Sequence record: MZ501268.1
Direction: 5' to 3' (one strand)
Length of the DNA stretch: 64,000 nt
Shown here piece by piece: positions 47,119 through 57,521 of this stretch. Under the pieces are notes generated by a model, which made no database searches, was not told the origin of the DNA, and saw only the letters and a program-made list of their open reading frames with translations. Position 1 is the first letter of the stretch. The number at the start of each line of letters is the position of its first letter. A program made the translations under genes and the position numbers.

Positions 47119-48057
47119 TTAACGGATCACATTTTGATCCAAAGTATTTTGATCAGGGAAGCCACGACCTACTCCCCAAATTATGCGTACTGCACCATTA
47201 CCCCCGCCACCTAACCAACTGGTTCCGTCACTGCGATACTGCGTTGCACCACCGCCACCAAATCCCCCACCTGAAATAACGGCTGGGAATCCGGCACCTG
47301 ATCCAGGATTATCCTTTATCCTACCCATGGGACGAATACCGCCACCCCCACGACCTGTATACGTCGTGACCAGGTTAGCAACCGCCATGGCAACTGTTCC
47401 ACCATAACCGGCTCCTGTGTCCACAGGCATCTTCTGCGCAGTGCCATAGTTCACACCAATAGATCCATCTCCAAGGTAGCCTCCGGCTCCTCCGCCTCCT
47501 ACAGCGCGTGCTAGGAGGGTTCCTGTGGCACCTTTGCCGCCATTCCCGCCACCAATCAATGGTGCAGCAAGATCATGGACAACAGCGCCAACTGCACCAA
47601 CTGCCCCTTCGACTAATGTGGTCAGAAGATAGTCTAGTCCGGTGCCGGTAGTGCCTGATAGCTTCACACTGATATTAATGATCGAACTCAGTGAGAGATC
47701 TTCTCCCCCGCCATTGGCTCTAAGTATATAAAGCCCATTTCGGGTAATGCCAGAACTTACTCCCTTAGCGCCCGCATAGACGCCTTTAGTACCAGCAGTT
47801 AATCCATCTCCGCCTTTCCCTACAACAATTGCCAGACGTTCACCCGGCACAACCGGTATCCAGTTTCGATACCGTAAGGCCCCTCCATCACCCCCTTGGT
47901 GTTGTAACGTATTGTTACTGGCCGACTGCCCGCCTCCCACAGCCACAGCGCTCATTCTGTTGACTCCTTGCGGAACCACGAGCTCTTGTGTACCTGCTGT
48001 CGTAAACGTTTGTTGACCCACTGCATGCGGAGTTGTGTTTAAGAATAACTCAATCAT
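47119..48057 (-). CDS. Glycine-rich tail-fibre-like protein (MIELFL N-terminus)
   Basis: Start moved to ATG 48057; VAVGGG, GGDGG, GGGGAGGY and GGGGNGAVRIIWG motifs of phage Gly-rich tail domains. Confidence 0.7.
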   Translation of the reverse strand: MIELFLNTTPHAVGQQTFTTAGTQELVVPQGVNRMSAVAVGGGQSASNNTLQHQGGDGGALRYRNWIPVVPGERLAIVVGKGGDGLTAGTKGVYAGAKGVSSGITRNGLYILRANGGGEDLSLSSIINISVKLSGTTGTGLDYLLTTLVEGAVGAVGAVVHDLAAPLIGGGNGGKGATGTLLARAVGGGGAGGYLGDGSIGVNYGTAQKMPVDTGAGYGGTVAMAVANLVTTYTGRGGGGIRPMGRIKDNPGSGAGFPAVISGGGFGGGGATQYRSDGTSWLGGGGNGAVRIIWGVGRGFPDQNTLDQNVIR

Positions 48058-48116
48058 GCGATGCCCTTCTTGAATGAGTGCCATTGACAGCGTATTCGTG
48101 TCATAGGATTTCAAGA

Positions 48117-48158
48117 CGGCATAAAGGTATGGATACCCTGACTGTCGCCAAGGTATCC
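48117..48158 (-). terminator. Hairpin followed by TTATGCCG (minus strand)
   Basis: GGATACC..GGTATCC at 48131-48158, CGGCATAA at 48117-48124, after the DNA pol gene. Confidence 0.65.
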
Positions 48159-48168
48159 ACGTGGTGCG

Positions 48169-49890
48169 TCAAGCCGCAGCCATAAAGTCTATTTCGATAT
48201 GTTTTTCAACCATGAAGTCTTTCAGTAAGGTTATGGTGTCCGGTGCTTTGTACAACTTACGTGCCAGCTCACCTGCATTATTCATACCACCCGCTGCAAG
48301 GTTTACTGCCACCTGACGATACTCGGTATCATCCAATCCTTCGATCTTCGTCATTTCAATCCAGGTTGTTTGTTTACCCACATTCATAATGACAGTGCCG
48401 GTTGGGTATGCTCCTTCTACGTCAATGTCGTTCGTGCCGGTTCGTACATATGACCTGACACCCGGTAGTTCTTTAAACATCGCTTTGCCATTCAAGGCAA
48501 CCAGCTCTGTTGGGAGCATGACGATCCAACCACCCAGGCCTTGGATATGATCATCAAGATCGGTACGCATCTGATCTGATGTGGTGCCCCAGATATACCC
48601 TTCCTTCATTACATCGTAATGCATCGCCTCAGCGATACGTGTAGGCTGTGATATGAAGTTACGGTAGTCTGACACCCCGCAGAACGTTGGAACCGCTACA
48701 GAGAGGTCTGAGGTCTTCTCGTCCATCATTTCAACTACGATGCAGTCGAAGATGTTATACATCACATATTCGTACTTGTAGTTGGTCTGCATGAACTCAT
48801 GCCAGTCAGCACCATGATAACCTTCGGCTTCAGTGAACTTCATCTTGGTTACACCGAGTACTTTCTCTGCGATGTTATCCAACTTGTAGTTCAGCTCTTT
48901 ACCGTTCATGGTACGCAGATAGTAATACGTCGACATGGACTCTGCCCAGCGGAAGGAAGCCGGAGCATTGACATAGGGCCACTTCTCATAGTTAGCCAGT
49001 GAGGTCTTGGTGACTTCTTTGCCGTCGTTTTTGACTTTATGGGTTTTCCCCTCGTAGTAAAAAACGTTACGATACTCTTTCGGTACCGATGGGTCGCAAA
49101 GTACGTCAGCCGGATTGATCCCCGCATTGACTAAGGTCTGGTTCAGGATTTTGTAATCGAACTCCAACACGTTCCAGCCACTGATAAAATCAGGCATCCA
49201 CTGGTGTGCGCGTTCCATCAGTTTGACAAAGCCATCTGCAGCACTGTCAACCAGAACAAACTCAGGGGTGGTGATGTTACGGAGGGTTGCCCACTCACCC
49301 ATGTACTTGTCCCACGCCAGTTTAATTTTCTGATGAATACGCTCATCCGCTTCACCGCCAAAGTAACGACGAATCACAAACGTGAAGGTACGTTCTTTGA
49401 AGGTTAACGAAGCCATGATCGGCTCGCCCTTGTGCTTCTCATCAACCATGTCGGTTTCGATATCGAACACACTGACTTTATACGGTGTAAAGCAATCCGG
49501 GAACCGGGATTCATACATCGCCTTCACAATAGAGGAAGGTTCAATATCCGCACCGTAGACATAAGGGTTTCGACACACCCGACGCAGGTACTGGTCACTG
49601 GCACCTTTCCCCAGCATCTTAGAGATGTGGTTAGGAAGATCCCATTGTGGGCAGCTGAACTTTTGAAGTTTGGATAACTCTTCGTAGTCCTTTTTATCCT
49701 GGTGGTTCCGGTAAGCCGGTTTGGTCAGGTAGTAGTCACGCTTCATGTCTTTTATAATGCGCGTGTGTGGCGTGGAGTTCCCCGCTTCATCAATCACATT
49801 CTCTTTTACGAAGATAATGTCAGACTGACCCCTTAACGAAAGGGCATATGTCGCGTGCTTGCATTCGAAACGAAGATTCTTATTGCTCAT
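48169..49890 (-). CDS. Split family-B DNA polymerase, exonuclease-containing subunit (phiKZ gp82-like)
   Basis: ExoI FDIET, ExoII GWN..EFD, ExoIII YNIFD, PolB motif A DVEGAYPT. Confidence 0.85.
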   Translation of the reverse strand: MSNKNLRFECKHATYALSLRGQSDIIFVKENVIDEAGNSTPHTRIIKDMKRDYYLTKPAYRNHQDKKDYEELSKLQKFSCPQWDLPNHISKMLGKGASDQYLRRVCRNPYVYGADIEPSSIVKAMYESRFPDCFTPYKVSVFDIETDMVDEKHKGEPIMASLTFKERTFTFVIRRYFGGEADERIHQKIKLAWDKYMGEWATLRNITTPEFVLVDSAADGFVKLMERAHQWMPDFISGWNVLEFDYKILNQTLVNAGINPADVLCDPSVPKEYRNVFYYEGKTHKVKNDGKEVTKTSLANYEKWPYVNAPASFRWAESMSTYYYLRTMNGKELNYKLDNIAEKVLGVTKMKFTEAEGYHGADWHEFMQTNYKYEYVMYNIFDCIVVEMMDEKTSDLSVAVPTFCGVSDYRNFISQPTRIAEAMHYDVMKEGYIWGTTSDQMRTDLDDHIQGLGGWIVMLPTELVALNGKAMFKELPGVRSYVRTGTNDIDVEGAYPTGTVIMNVGKQTTWIEMTKIEGLDDTEYRQVAVNLAAGGMNNAGELARKLYKAPDTITLLKDFMVEKHIEIDFMAAA

Positions 49891-49990
49891 GTGAATGATA
49901 ATCCTATGTCAAAACACTACAATGTGCACCAGTGTTTAATACGCGTTATAACATCAGGCGTGCAACTACATTTCTACAAAAGGAGATCCC

Positions 49991-51253
49991 ATGATCCTAT
50001 CAAGCGGCATGGAAGCAATTTCATTCCAGCGTAATCCGCTTTTCTATAAACAGTTAGTGGTTGAATTCACTCGTCTGATGGAACTGGCTAAAGCCAACGG
50101 TAAAGCACGTCTTACTGAAGAGATGATGCAACAGTCTAACCTGGCAAAGATCACCATGGCGAACACCGGCATCTTGGTGTCACCTGGGGTAGATACGGGC
50201 ATGCAATGCAATGCGTATGTGCTGATCCCAAGCATTAACTCTTATCACGTCTTTAACGATCGCATGCGTCAGCTCTTTATGGGTTACGGTGAAGCCTTTG
50301 ACCTGTACCGTAAAGCCAACGATGTGTTGATCGGACTGGTTGACTTACAGAACTCTAAGGTTGGTGGTGTATTCTCCCAGGTTAATCATCGCATCTGTTT
50401 GTCGTATGACATGCTGACTGATTATGACATGACCCCGGGTGAAGTCGCTGCAATCTACATGCACGAAGTCGGCCATGCATTTACCTTCCTGGAGATGCTA
50501 CATTATACAGCGACCACCAACCTGGTGTTGACGGCCGGTGTAGAAGCGGTGATCAAAGCAGAAACTTCTCGTAAGCATGTTATCTTGTCCGATATCGAAA
50601 ACTCCTTAGGGATTAAGATTGACAACAAAGATGAACTGGTGGCTTACGACAAGTATGAAGATTATGCCGTGACGATTCTGTCAAAGTATAACCGCACGCT
50701 TGAATCTGCATTTGGCTCTCCAGCGCACGACGAGTCCATGTCAGAGCAGATGGCTGATATGTTTGCCACCCGCCATGGCGCTGGCTTGGATCTGGCCCGT
50801 GGATTGGCGAAACTGCACAAGTTCTACAAATCACAGAACCCGACCTTTGTTCGCTACTTAAATATCTTTATTGGTATTTTGGCCACCATGGGGATGAGTC
50901 TGGTAGCTGGCGTTGTCGTCAACCTTGTCGTCCTGACGGTGGGGAACTTCTTTGGTGGGACCTACGACCGTGCGAAAGACCGTTTCATCCGCATGCGTAA
51001 CGAAATCATCGTTGGCTTGAAAGATGAAGAGATCTCTGCTGCTGACCGTAAGTTACTGATTTCACATGTGGCTGAAGTCAATAAGATCATTGATCAAGCC
51101 AAGAACGAGAGTTCTTTTGTCGAGAAATTGGCATTGGTGGTACGGGCCAGTCAGCGTGAACGTTACGCGACCAAGTATCTCCAGAAAGATCTCGAAGCCT
51201 TACTTAACAACCCGCTGTACGTTAGCGCGGCTAAACTGAAAACATTGCAATAA
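49991..51253 (+). CDS. Virion head protein with M48-like metallopeptidase motifs
   Basis: HEVGH followed by EQMADMFA..HG; SGME putative maturation site; hydrophobic segment near the C-terminus. Confidence 0.7.
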   Translation: MILSSGMEAISFQRNPLFYKQLVVEFTRLMELAKANGKARLTEEMMQQSNLAKITMANTGILVSPGVDTGMQCNAYVLIPSINSYHVFNDRMRQLFMGYGEAFDLYRKANDVLIGLVDLQNSKVGGVFSQVNHRICLSYDMLTDYDMTPGEVAAIYMHEVGHAFTFLEMLHYTATTNLVLTAGVEAVIKAETSRKHVILSDIENSLGIKIDNKDELVAYDKYEDYAVTILSKYNRTLESAFGSPAHDESMSEQMADMFATRHGAGLDLARGLAKLHKFYKSQNPTFVRYLNIFIGILATMGMSLVAGVVVNLVVLTVGNFFGGTYDRAKDRFIRMRNEIIVGLKDEEISAADRKLLISHVAEVNKIIDQAKNESSFVEKLALVVRASQRERYATKYLQKDLEALLNNPLYVSAAKLKTLQ

Positions 51254-51266
51254 GGATTCATCAGAA

Positions 51267-51773
51267 ATGATTATCGATGTAGCAGAATTGAAAAAACAAG
51301 TCGTGTTGGTGCGTTCTATTGCTGAGATCCCAAGCACCCTGCGCGCCAAGCTGATTGAAACCGGTTTAGCCCGTGCTGTTGCGTATGGTGTTGATTTGCC
51401 AGCAGCGCCTGCGGGTAACCCAGTTTCTTATTTCGCAACCAATGCGACTGACGCTAAAGCGGCGCTGGCAGCGATCAACGAAACAGCGGTGATTGACATC
51501 TCCCGCATTCTGTCACTGGCCACCACGATCTGGCAGGCACGTTACACTATGGTCTTTACACCGTATTCCCGTGAAGCCCTGCAGTTAACACAGCAGGTAT
51601 TGTCAGATCAGCGTGAGTGGTTGTTCGATACAGAGCAACAGGACTTCCTGGCGTCTGCCGTAGGTGATGGCACCGTGCAGGATACCTTAAAGCTGACTCT
51701 GCTGAACTTCACCAGCCCGGCTGTGATCAGCATGAAACAGGAAGCCGTGGTCACTACGACTGGCGAGGAGTAA
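51267..51773 (+). CDS. Probable virion protein
   Basis: 168 aa within the head-gene operon. Confidence 0.7.
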   Translation: MIIDVAELKKQVVLVRSIAEIPSTLRAKLIETGLARAVAYGVDLPAAPAGNPVSYFATNATDAKAALAAINETAVIDISRILSLATTIWQARYTMVFTPYSREALQLTQQVLSDQREWLFDTEQQDFLASAVGDGTVQDTLKLTLLNFTSPAVISMKQEAVVTTTGEE

Positions 51774-51775
51774 TC

Positions 51776-53242
51776 ATGTCCATTGATTTGATTAGCTCTT
51801 TTATTGATGATAGCGGTAGCGTGCCAATGGCGGCGCTGACTGTGGTCAAGAAAGACAACGACGAGGCCAATGCCAAACTCCCTAACCAGGTGGCGGTACT
51901 CAAAGCCTCTACTGAGCGCATTGAAGAACTGCAGTCGGTATTGCAGCGGGTACGTAAAGAAGGGATGAGTCGTGAGGTTGCCCGTCAGTTATACCAGCTG
52001 GCTCCTGAAACACTCCCTATCGGTTACGGTACCGAAGGCTTCACCGAGAAGCCGTCTAAGGTCGGTCTGTCTGCAGGCCTTGAATCCATCACCGCGTATG
52101 TAATTGATGGTATCAAACGGTTGATCATCTTCCTGATCGACAAGGCCAAGAAAGCAGCGCTGTGGATTGCTGATCAGTATCGTCGTATGACCGGGATCTC
52201 TCCAACGGCGTACAAGATCGATCGTCGTGCTGCGTACCTGTCTCAGATGTCTGCACGCTTTGCTCAACACTTTGGTTCTGACCTGGCTACCTTGCTGGAG
52301 AATGAAGTCAATACCGGCATGTACGATATTGACAATGCCCGGGTAGTGTTAAGCGGTATGTTTGCAGATGCAGAAGTACTGCAGGCGGACTTGTCCAAAT
52401 ATGCTAAGCCTATTAACGCAATGTCGAAACAGATTGAAGCGTTACTGGCAGATGCCCCGGCGCGTGTGGTGCGCGTTAACGCTATTGTTAACACCATGAC
52501 CGTTGCCCGTAATGGCAATCCTGATCGCAGTGCTGAAGTGTTGCAGTTGATCGATACTCGTAACCTCGATGCATTGGTCGGTTCTCTGCGTGCCGTCAGT
52601 AAATTGCTGGCCAGCAGCCCAATGTACAAATCACCGGGCGTGGGTAAAGACGGGAAGGTTAAACAAACCATCCTGGAGCAGCTGAACAACGATGGCTTCC
52701 GTGAAATGATGTCGGGCCTGTCCATGGCTGCTAATGCCGGGATTACCCACACCATGGATCTCACGGATGCATCGGCTATCATCCGTTCTCGTAACCTGGC
52801 GCAAGCAGTAAAAGAGCTGACAGATTACGAAGAAGTGAAGAAGCGTTCGCTGGATGAGCTGAAGACAGCAACCAACTCCATCAACAGCAACAAGTACGTG
52901 CAGGCGGCTGAACAGTCTACTGGCGATGATCCAACCATGGCAGCGGTTGTGCAGTTTAACCAATACTGGGACGACATCACTACGGCGGTGAAAGTGGCGC
53001 AGGACATCACCACGTCTTATGCGGAAACCGTGTTCAAGCTGCAGTTGTTCTCTGTGCGTTGTCAGGATCTTGCTTTGGTGCAGTGGTCAACGAATAGGGC
53101 GAATGCTGGACTGGCTGAAGCCAACGCGGCAACTGAACGTTTGCAGGGTGTGATTAAACAGTACCTCGACAAGGTTGTGAAAAACACAGCCGGTGCGAAA
53201 GGTGTGCTGGATGATCTGAATAAACTGGTCAGTCAACTGTAA
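51776..53242 (+). CDS. Virion head (ejection/inner-body type) protein
   Basis: AGLE putative prohead-protease site followed by an amphipathic helix. Confidence 0.7.
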   Translation: MSIDLISSFIDDSGSVPMAALTVVKKDNDEANAKLPNQVAVLKASTERIEELQSVLQRVRKEGMSREVARQLYQLAPETLPIGYGTEGFTEKPSKVGLSAGLESITAYVIDGIKRLIIFLIDKAKKAALWIADQYRRMTGISPTAYKIDRRAAYLSQMSARFAQHFGSDLATLLENEVNTGMYDIDNARVVLSGMFADAEVLQADLSKYAKPINAMSKQIEALLADAPARVVRVNAIVNTMTVARNGNPDRSAEVLQLIDTRNLDALVGSLRAVSKLLASSPMYKSPGVGKDGKVKQTILEQLNNDGFREMMSGLSMAANAGITHTMDLTDASAIIRSRNLAQAVKELTDYEEVKKRSLDELKTATNSINSNKYVQAAEQSTGDDPTMAAVVQFNQYWDDITTAVKVAQDITTSYAETVFKLQLFSVRCQDLALVQWSTNRANAGLAEANAATERLQGVIKQYLDKVVKNTAGAKGVLDDLNKLVSQL

Positions 53243-53251
53243 GGGTATCGC

Positions 53252-54508
53252 ATGGACTCCACATTACTCGACACTGTCAGAGACACCACTGATTTGTGTG
53301 ACTCTCTGATTTCATTAGCACAACGTCTGGAAATGCTGGAACCCATTGCTGCTGAGTCCGTTAACTTCAGTAAGATCTATCACTCGATCAATCTGAAGGT
53401 GGCAAAGATTGCAGCCTCTATGGAATCAATCGGCACCGACGGCATTAACCAGCAGGCAGTGTTAGACATTAATACTGCCATGCCAGGTATCATCCCTGAC
53501 ACCATCCCGATTAATGGTTACACCAAAGCTCGTAGTAAGATGAATGTGGGCTTTGCATTAGAGGCGTTGGAAACCGGGAAAGCAGCAATGATCTCTGGGT
53601 CAGTGGCTGGCGTGATCGCAATCATTGTTAAACTGTTCCGTTGGGTGGTCATGACCATCAAGCAATACGTGAAGTCTCGTCGTGATGCCAATCGCTTAGG
53701 GATTAACGTAACGCAGGCTATCCAACGTGCAGGGTCTATCAATGAGTTTCTGTTAGAGCAGTTGGCAAAGACGCCTGAGTTGAAAGCAGCTCGCCCTGGC
53801 TTTGATTGGTTAGCCTCTATCTGGCGTCCACAAAGTGCAGTGTTTGCATTCAATGATGAAGCCCTGGTGCAATGGTGGCCAGAGCTGGTGAATGAACTGG
53901 AGTACGAGTACGACCAGATCAACACAGCGTTCGCCCATCTGCGCAAAGGCGGTGTGTTTACACCAAACATCGCTAAAGCGCATCAGTCTCCTTCGATGAA
54001 GCGTTTCTTTGAAGCACTCCCACAAGGGTGTGATCGTCAAGGTAACATCGTCGGACTTGAGCTTGCCCAGAAACAGTTTAACGAAGATCCTCAGCGTGCA
54101 TTGTTCCAGTTGGCTGAACGACTGCGTTACATGGTCAAACGTGAACCTAAGAGTAAAGGCACTGAGTTCTGTAATGAACTGATCACCATGGGTCGCTCTA
54201 TTGAAGCGTACACCAATGTTGATCGTCTGGTGTTTGATCAGTTGAACACCTATGACACCAACAACCGCTTAGGGAAGTTGGAAGAAGCCTTCTCAGGTCT
54301 GTACAAACAAGTCCAAGCAACTCGCTACACTGTTGATCAGTCAATGGTGGATGATTTCGTGTTCTTCGTGAACCGTTATTCTGAGAAGCTGAACTGTTTC
54401 GTGCAGTTGATCACCATTGTGTCTTACCTGGACAGTTGCAGTTTCCAGTTACTGGAAAACATGTCCAAAGCCACCTTGAAGTACGTAGACATTGCAGCCA
54501 GTAATTAA
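53252..54508 (+). CDS. Virion head protein
   Basis: SMES and FALE putative protease sites, then a hydrophobic helix. Confidence 0.7.
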   Translation: MDSTLLDTVRDTTDLCDSLISLAQRLEMLEPIAAESVNFSKIYHSINLKVAKIAASMESIGTDGINQQAVLDINTAMPGIIPDTIPINGYTKARSKMNVGFALEALETGKAAMISGSVAGVIAIIVKLFRWVVMTIKQYVKSRRDANRLGINVTQAIQRAGSINEFLLEQLAKTPELKAARPGFDWLASIWRPQSAVFAFNDEALVQWWPELVNELEYEYDQINTAFAHLRKGGVFTPNIAKAHQSPSMKRFFEALPQGCDRQGNIVGLELAQKQFNEDPQRALFQLAERLRYMVKREPKSKGTEFCNELITMGRSIEAYTNVDRLVFDQLNTYDTNNRLGKLEEAFSGLYKQVQATRYTVDQSMVDDFVFFVNRYSEKLNCFVQLITIVSYLDSCSFQLLENMSKATLKYVDIAASN

Positions 54509-54510
54509 AC

Positions 54511-54562
54511 CGGCATAAAGGCCTGGCCCTCCGCAAGGAAGGCCAGAGCCTTGTTTATGCCG
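54511..54562. terminator. Mirror-symmetric bidirectional terminator
   Basis: CGGCATAA-AGGCCTGGCC..GGCCAGAGCCTT-GTTTATGCCG. Confidence 0.85.
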
Positions 54563-57512
54563 TTAAGCTGGATTTTGCTGCAGTGTGTTTCAAGAAGGTG
54601 ATCGCAATATCTTCTTTCACCGTTAAGGTGTTGTCCGATGCTACGTCGACACGTTTCTTAATAGCACAACGCATGGTGTCATCAAGTGCAGTCATGACCT
54701 TGATGTCATTGTTCACACCGAGGGCTTTAAACTCGATGTCAACCACATCAGACGTGCGGTATGGTTTCAGTGCATCAACCAGATCGGTCAGGCCGTAAGT
54801 CGCCTTCGCAATCACCCCGGCAATCGCCGCGCTGACCTTGCCGGACAAGTTATCACGCAGAGACGTGTTCTTGTATCCGTTGTCAGTCATGTAGAAGGTC
54901 ACATCGAACCCGATCGCTGCAGAGATCTGACGATCCTCACGGGCGTTAGCCACAATGTTAATCAGACCAAGTGTTTGTTTCGGACGCAGGGACACTGTCG
55001 TCTTCTCAATCAACTGCGACTTCACCTGGACCATGTCTTCGGTTACCCAGTCAACCAGATCAGTAATCACCGTTGTGATGTACGACTGATCCAATGCATT
55101 ACCGGTAAAGTAATACACGCCATCCAGACCTACAATATCAATCTCACGCATGACCACACGTTCATTAAGAGGAATCGGGTTACCCTGTTCATCCGACTTA
55201 ATGTCACCGATGCGATAGCGATAGATGATGTTGTTCTCGGCGTCATACATGATGTCGCCTTTGGCATGGATGATGATAGGCTGGTTGTTGGCATCAAAGA
55301 CTAACTGGTTGGTGATTGGATCACGCTGGTAAGTCGTCTCTGCATAACGCCACGGAACATCCACATCGTACTTCTGGTATTCGATGTCAGACACCACAGA
55401 ACGTGAACGCTGGTACAGGTAGGTTAACGCTTTACCCATGACCACGTCGTACGACTGCTCAGTCACCACCACGAATTGCTGTGGTAGATAGAACGCACCC
55501 AGTTTCTTATCACTGTCACTGAACACCACATCGTTAGGTGATTTGTTCACCGCGATACAGTTTAGCAGGATGAAGTTCTTCTCAAGCACAGAACGCAGCT
55601 TAGAAGGACTGTTACCAAACTGACCAAAGGACGTCAGGATGATTTCATCTTCATCAGTGATGTCAAGGTTACTGTCGATATCAAACTGCCAGACACGCTC
55701 ACGTGTTGACGTCCGTCCGATCATTGTGCCGTTCAGGTAGCCGTAGTTGGATTCCCCTTCTGGCATGAACAGTAACTGACAAGCCACGTCGGTATCCAAC
55801 AGGTTCTTGTAGTAATCCCCTGAACTGGTCACCACAGTCGCCCGGTAGCCATTAGCCGTCTTCGTGAAGGTGAAGCTATCCGCAACCAGCTCAACCCCAA
55901 TGGAGTTGTTCTCGTAACTGAACACCCGGCTTGGTACTGATGGATTATCCAGATCATACACCCGTGTCGTGAACGCATCGTTATTGGCATCGAGTACCAT
56001 ATAGAACGGCGAGTACATAAACACGTTGTTATTGATCGTGACCGCACGCGCATCCAGACCCGACGTATTGATCACCCCAAGCTCGGCATCAGAGACCATG
56101 TTGTAAATACCGCTGGTCAGTCGATACAATGCAGTTGGGGTAAGGGTGATGCGGTTGCCGTTATCACGTACAGCCGAGTTACTCACCAACTGCGCCATAG
56201 ACGCCTGCAGTGTCACAATACCTGTGCCGGCCGGGGTGCTGATGTCAGACTTGTTAGCCTGTGCGTTCAGTGACCGTGTGGCATGGTAAATACGTTGTGT
56301 CACCGTGTCTTCCGATTTCAAGGAACCGTACCCTAAATCAGAGAGGGTCTTGGAAACCTGCGCTTCGGTGATTGGTAAGGTGGTTTGGTTCGCAGCATAA
56401 ATGACATCTTCACGCAACTGATCAATCGTCGTCCCGTTAGCACCACCGACCACACCCGAGGTGATTGACATGGTCTTCTCATTAAAGACGGTCAATGGGG
56501 TTGCGTATTTGTCCAATACCCCATCTTCGTAGTTAAAGTCACGATAGACCGCGCTGATCGACGAAGTGGTTAAGGACAAGGTCTCGATGATCAATTCACC
56601 TTTACTGGTGTAAACATCGGTACGCACCTGACGACCCACACCCAGACGGTTTGTGATATAGATCTCTGGCAACACCATCTTTACGGAGTCTTCCAATACC
56701 TGAGCCACAAAGGTCAGCTTGGCATTATCATACACCAAATCACTGTGAGTAACGTACGCTTCCTCCCAGGCATCGGTAACGTTCGCACGGGTGAAGACAC
56801 GAACATAATAGAACTGATCGCCGTTTAATGGGAAGGTGTTACGAAAACCACTGATGTTGGTAATCTGACCGTAATACGGGTTTGCATCAAACTGACGCAA
56901 GGGCACTGTAATGTAGAGAAGTTCAACGCCGTTATAGATCGCCGTCTTCCAGGTCAGCTGGTTCGTCTCAACAGTCATCAATGGCGTTGGCTGAGAAACA
57001 TCGTACACCACCACGAAACCGCCGTGCTTCATCACACGAATTTCAATCGGGTATTCCAGACTGAAGGTAACATCCATGACCGTGATCTCGGTGTTACGTG
57101 GAATCACCATCTTGGAATAGACGCTGTCGATGTCATCATTACCATCGCTGTCGAGTTGCACCGCACGAGTACGGATCTCATCAGCATTGAAGATGAAGTT
57201 GGTGGTGATGCGAGAAGGCGTACAGAAACGGTCTTTGTAATCTTCATCACTCATGTTGCGATACAGATCACTGTAAGACCGGGCCATCTTTGGATAGAAC
57301 GCCGTGTACTGGTCGGTGTGGTTCTGCATCACCGCGGCACCGGTTAGGGCCACTAACTCAAAAGCAAACATCGCCGGGTTGGTGGCATTCATGATGTCCA
57401 CGGTACCGTCCATGTTCTGGTCTAACAGATCGAGTGCATAGTCCATCATTAAAGACGGATCATTGCGCAGATCGATCATCTGTTGTTTACGTGTGTCGAT
57501 GTCGTCGCTCAT
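54555..57512 (-). CDS. Large baseplate (wedge-like) virion protein (phiKZ gp87-like)
   Basis: 985 aa; N-terminal YPKMARSYSDLY and GGANG..I patterns typical of baseplate wedge proteins; synteny. Confidence 0.65.
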   Translation of the reverse strand: MSDDIDTRKQQMIDLRNDPSLMMDYALDLLDQNMDGTVDIMNATNPAMFAFELVALTGAAVMQNHTDQYTAFYPKMARSYSDLYRNMSDEDYKDRFCTPSRITTNFIFNADEIRTRAVQLDSDGNDDIDSVYSKMVIPRNTEITVMDVTFSLEYPIEIRVMKHGGFVVVYDVSQPTPLMTVETNQLTWKTAIYNGVELLYITVPLRQFDANPYYGQITNISGFRNTFPLNGDQFYYVRVFTRANVTDAWEEAYVTHSDLVYDNAKLTFVAQVLEDSVKMVLPEIYITNRLGVGRQVRTDVYTSKGELIIETLSLTTSSISAVYRDFNYEDGVLDKYATPLTVFNEKTMSITSGVVGGANGTTIDQLREDVIYAANQTTLPITEAQVSKTLSDLGYGSLKSEDTVTQRIYHATRSLNAQANKSDISTPAGTGIVTLQASMAQLVSNSAVRDNGNRITLTPTALYRLTSGIYNMVSDAELGVINTSGLDARAVTINNNVFMYSPFYMVLDANNDAFTTRVYDLDNPSVPSRVFSYENNSIGVELVADSFTFTKTANGYRATVVTSSGDYYKNLLDTDVACQLLFMPEGESNYGYLNGTMIGRTSTRERVWQFDIDSNLDITDEDEIILTSFGQFGNSPSKLRSVLEKNFILLNCIAVNKSPNDVVFSDSDKKLGAFYLPQQFVVVTEQSYDVVMGKALTYLYQRSRSVVSDIEYQKYDVDVPWRYAETTYQRDPITNQLVFDANNQPIIIHAKGDIMYDAENNIIYRYRIGDIKSDEQGNPIPLNERVVMREIDIVGLDGVYYFTGNALDQSYITTVITDLVDWVTEDMVQVKSQLIEKTTVSLRPKQTLGLINIVANAREDRQISAAIGFDVTFYMTDNGYKNTSLRDNLSGKVSAAIAGVIAKATYGLTDLVDALKPYRTSDVVDIEFKALGVNNDIKVMTALDDTMRCAIKKRVDVASDNTLTVKEDIAITFLKHTAAKSSLTA

Positions 57513-57521
57513 CGTGGCCTC

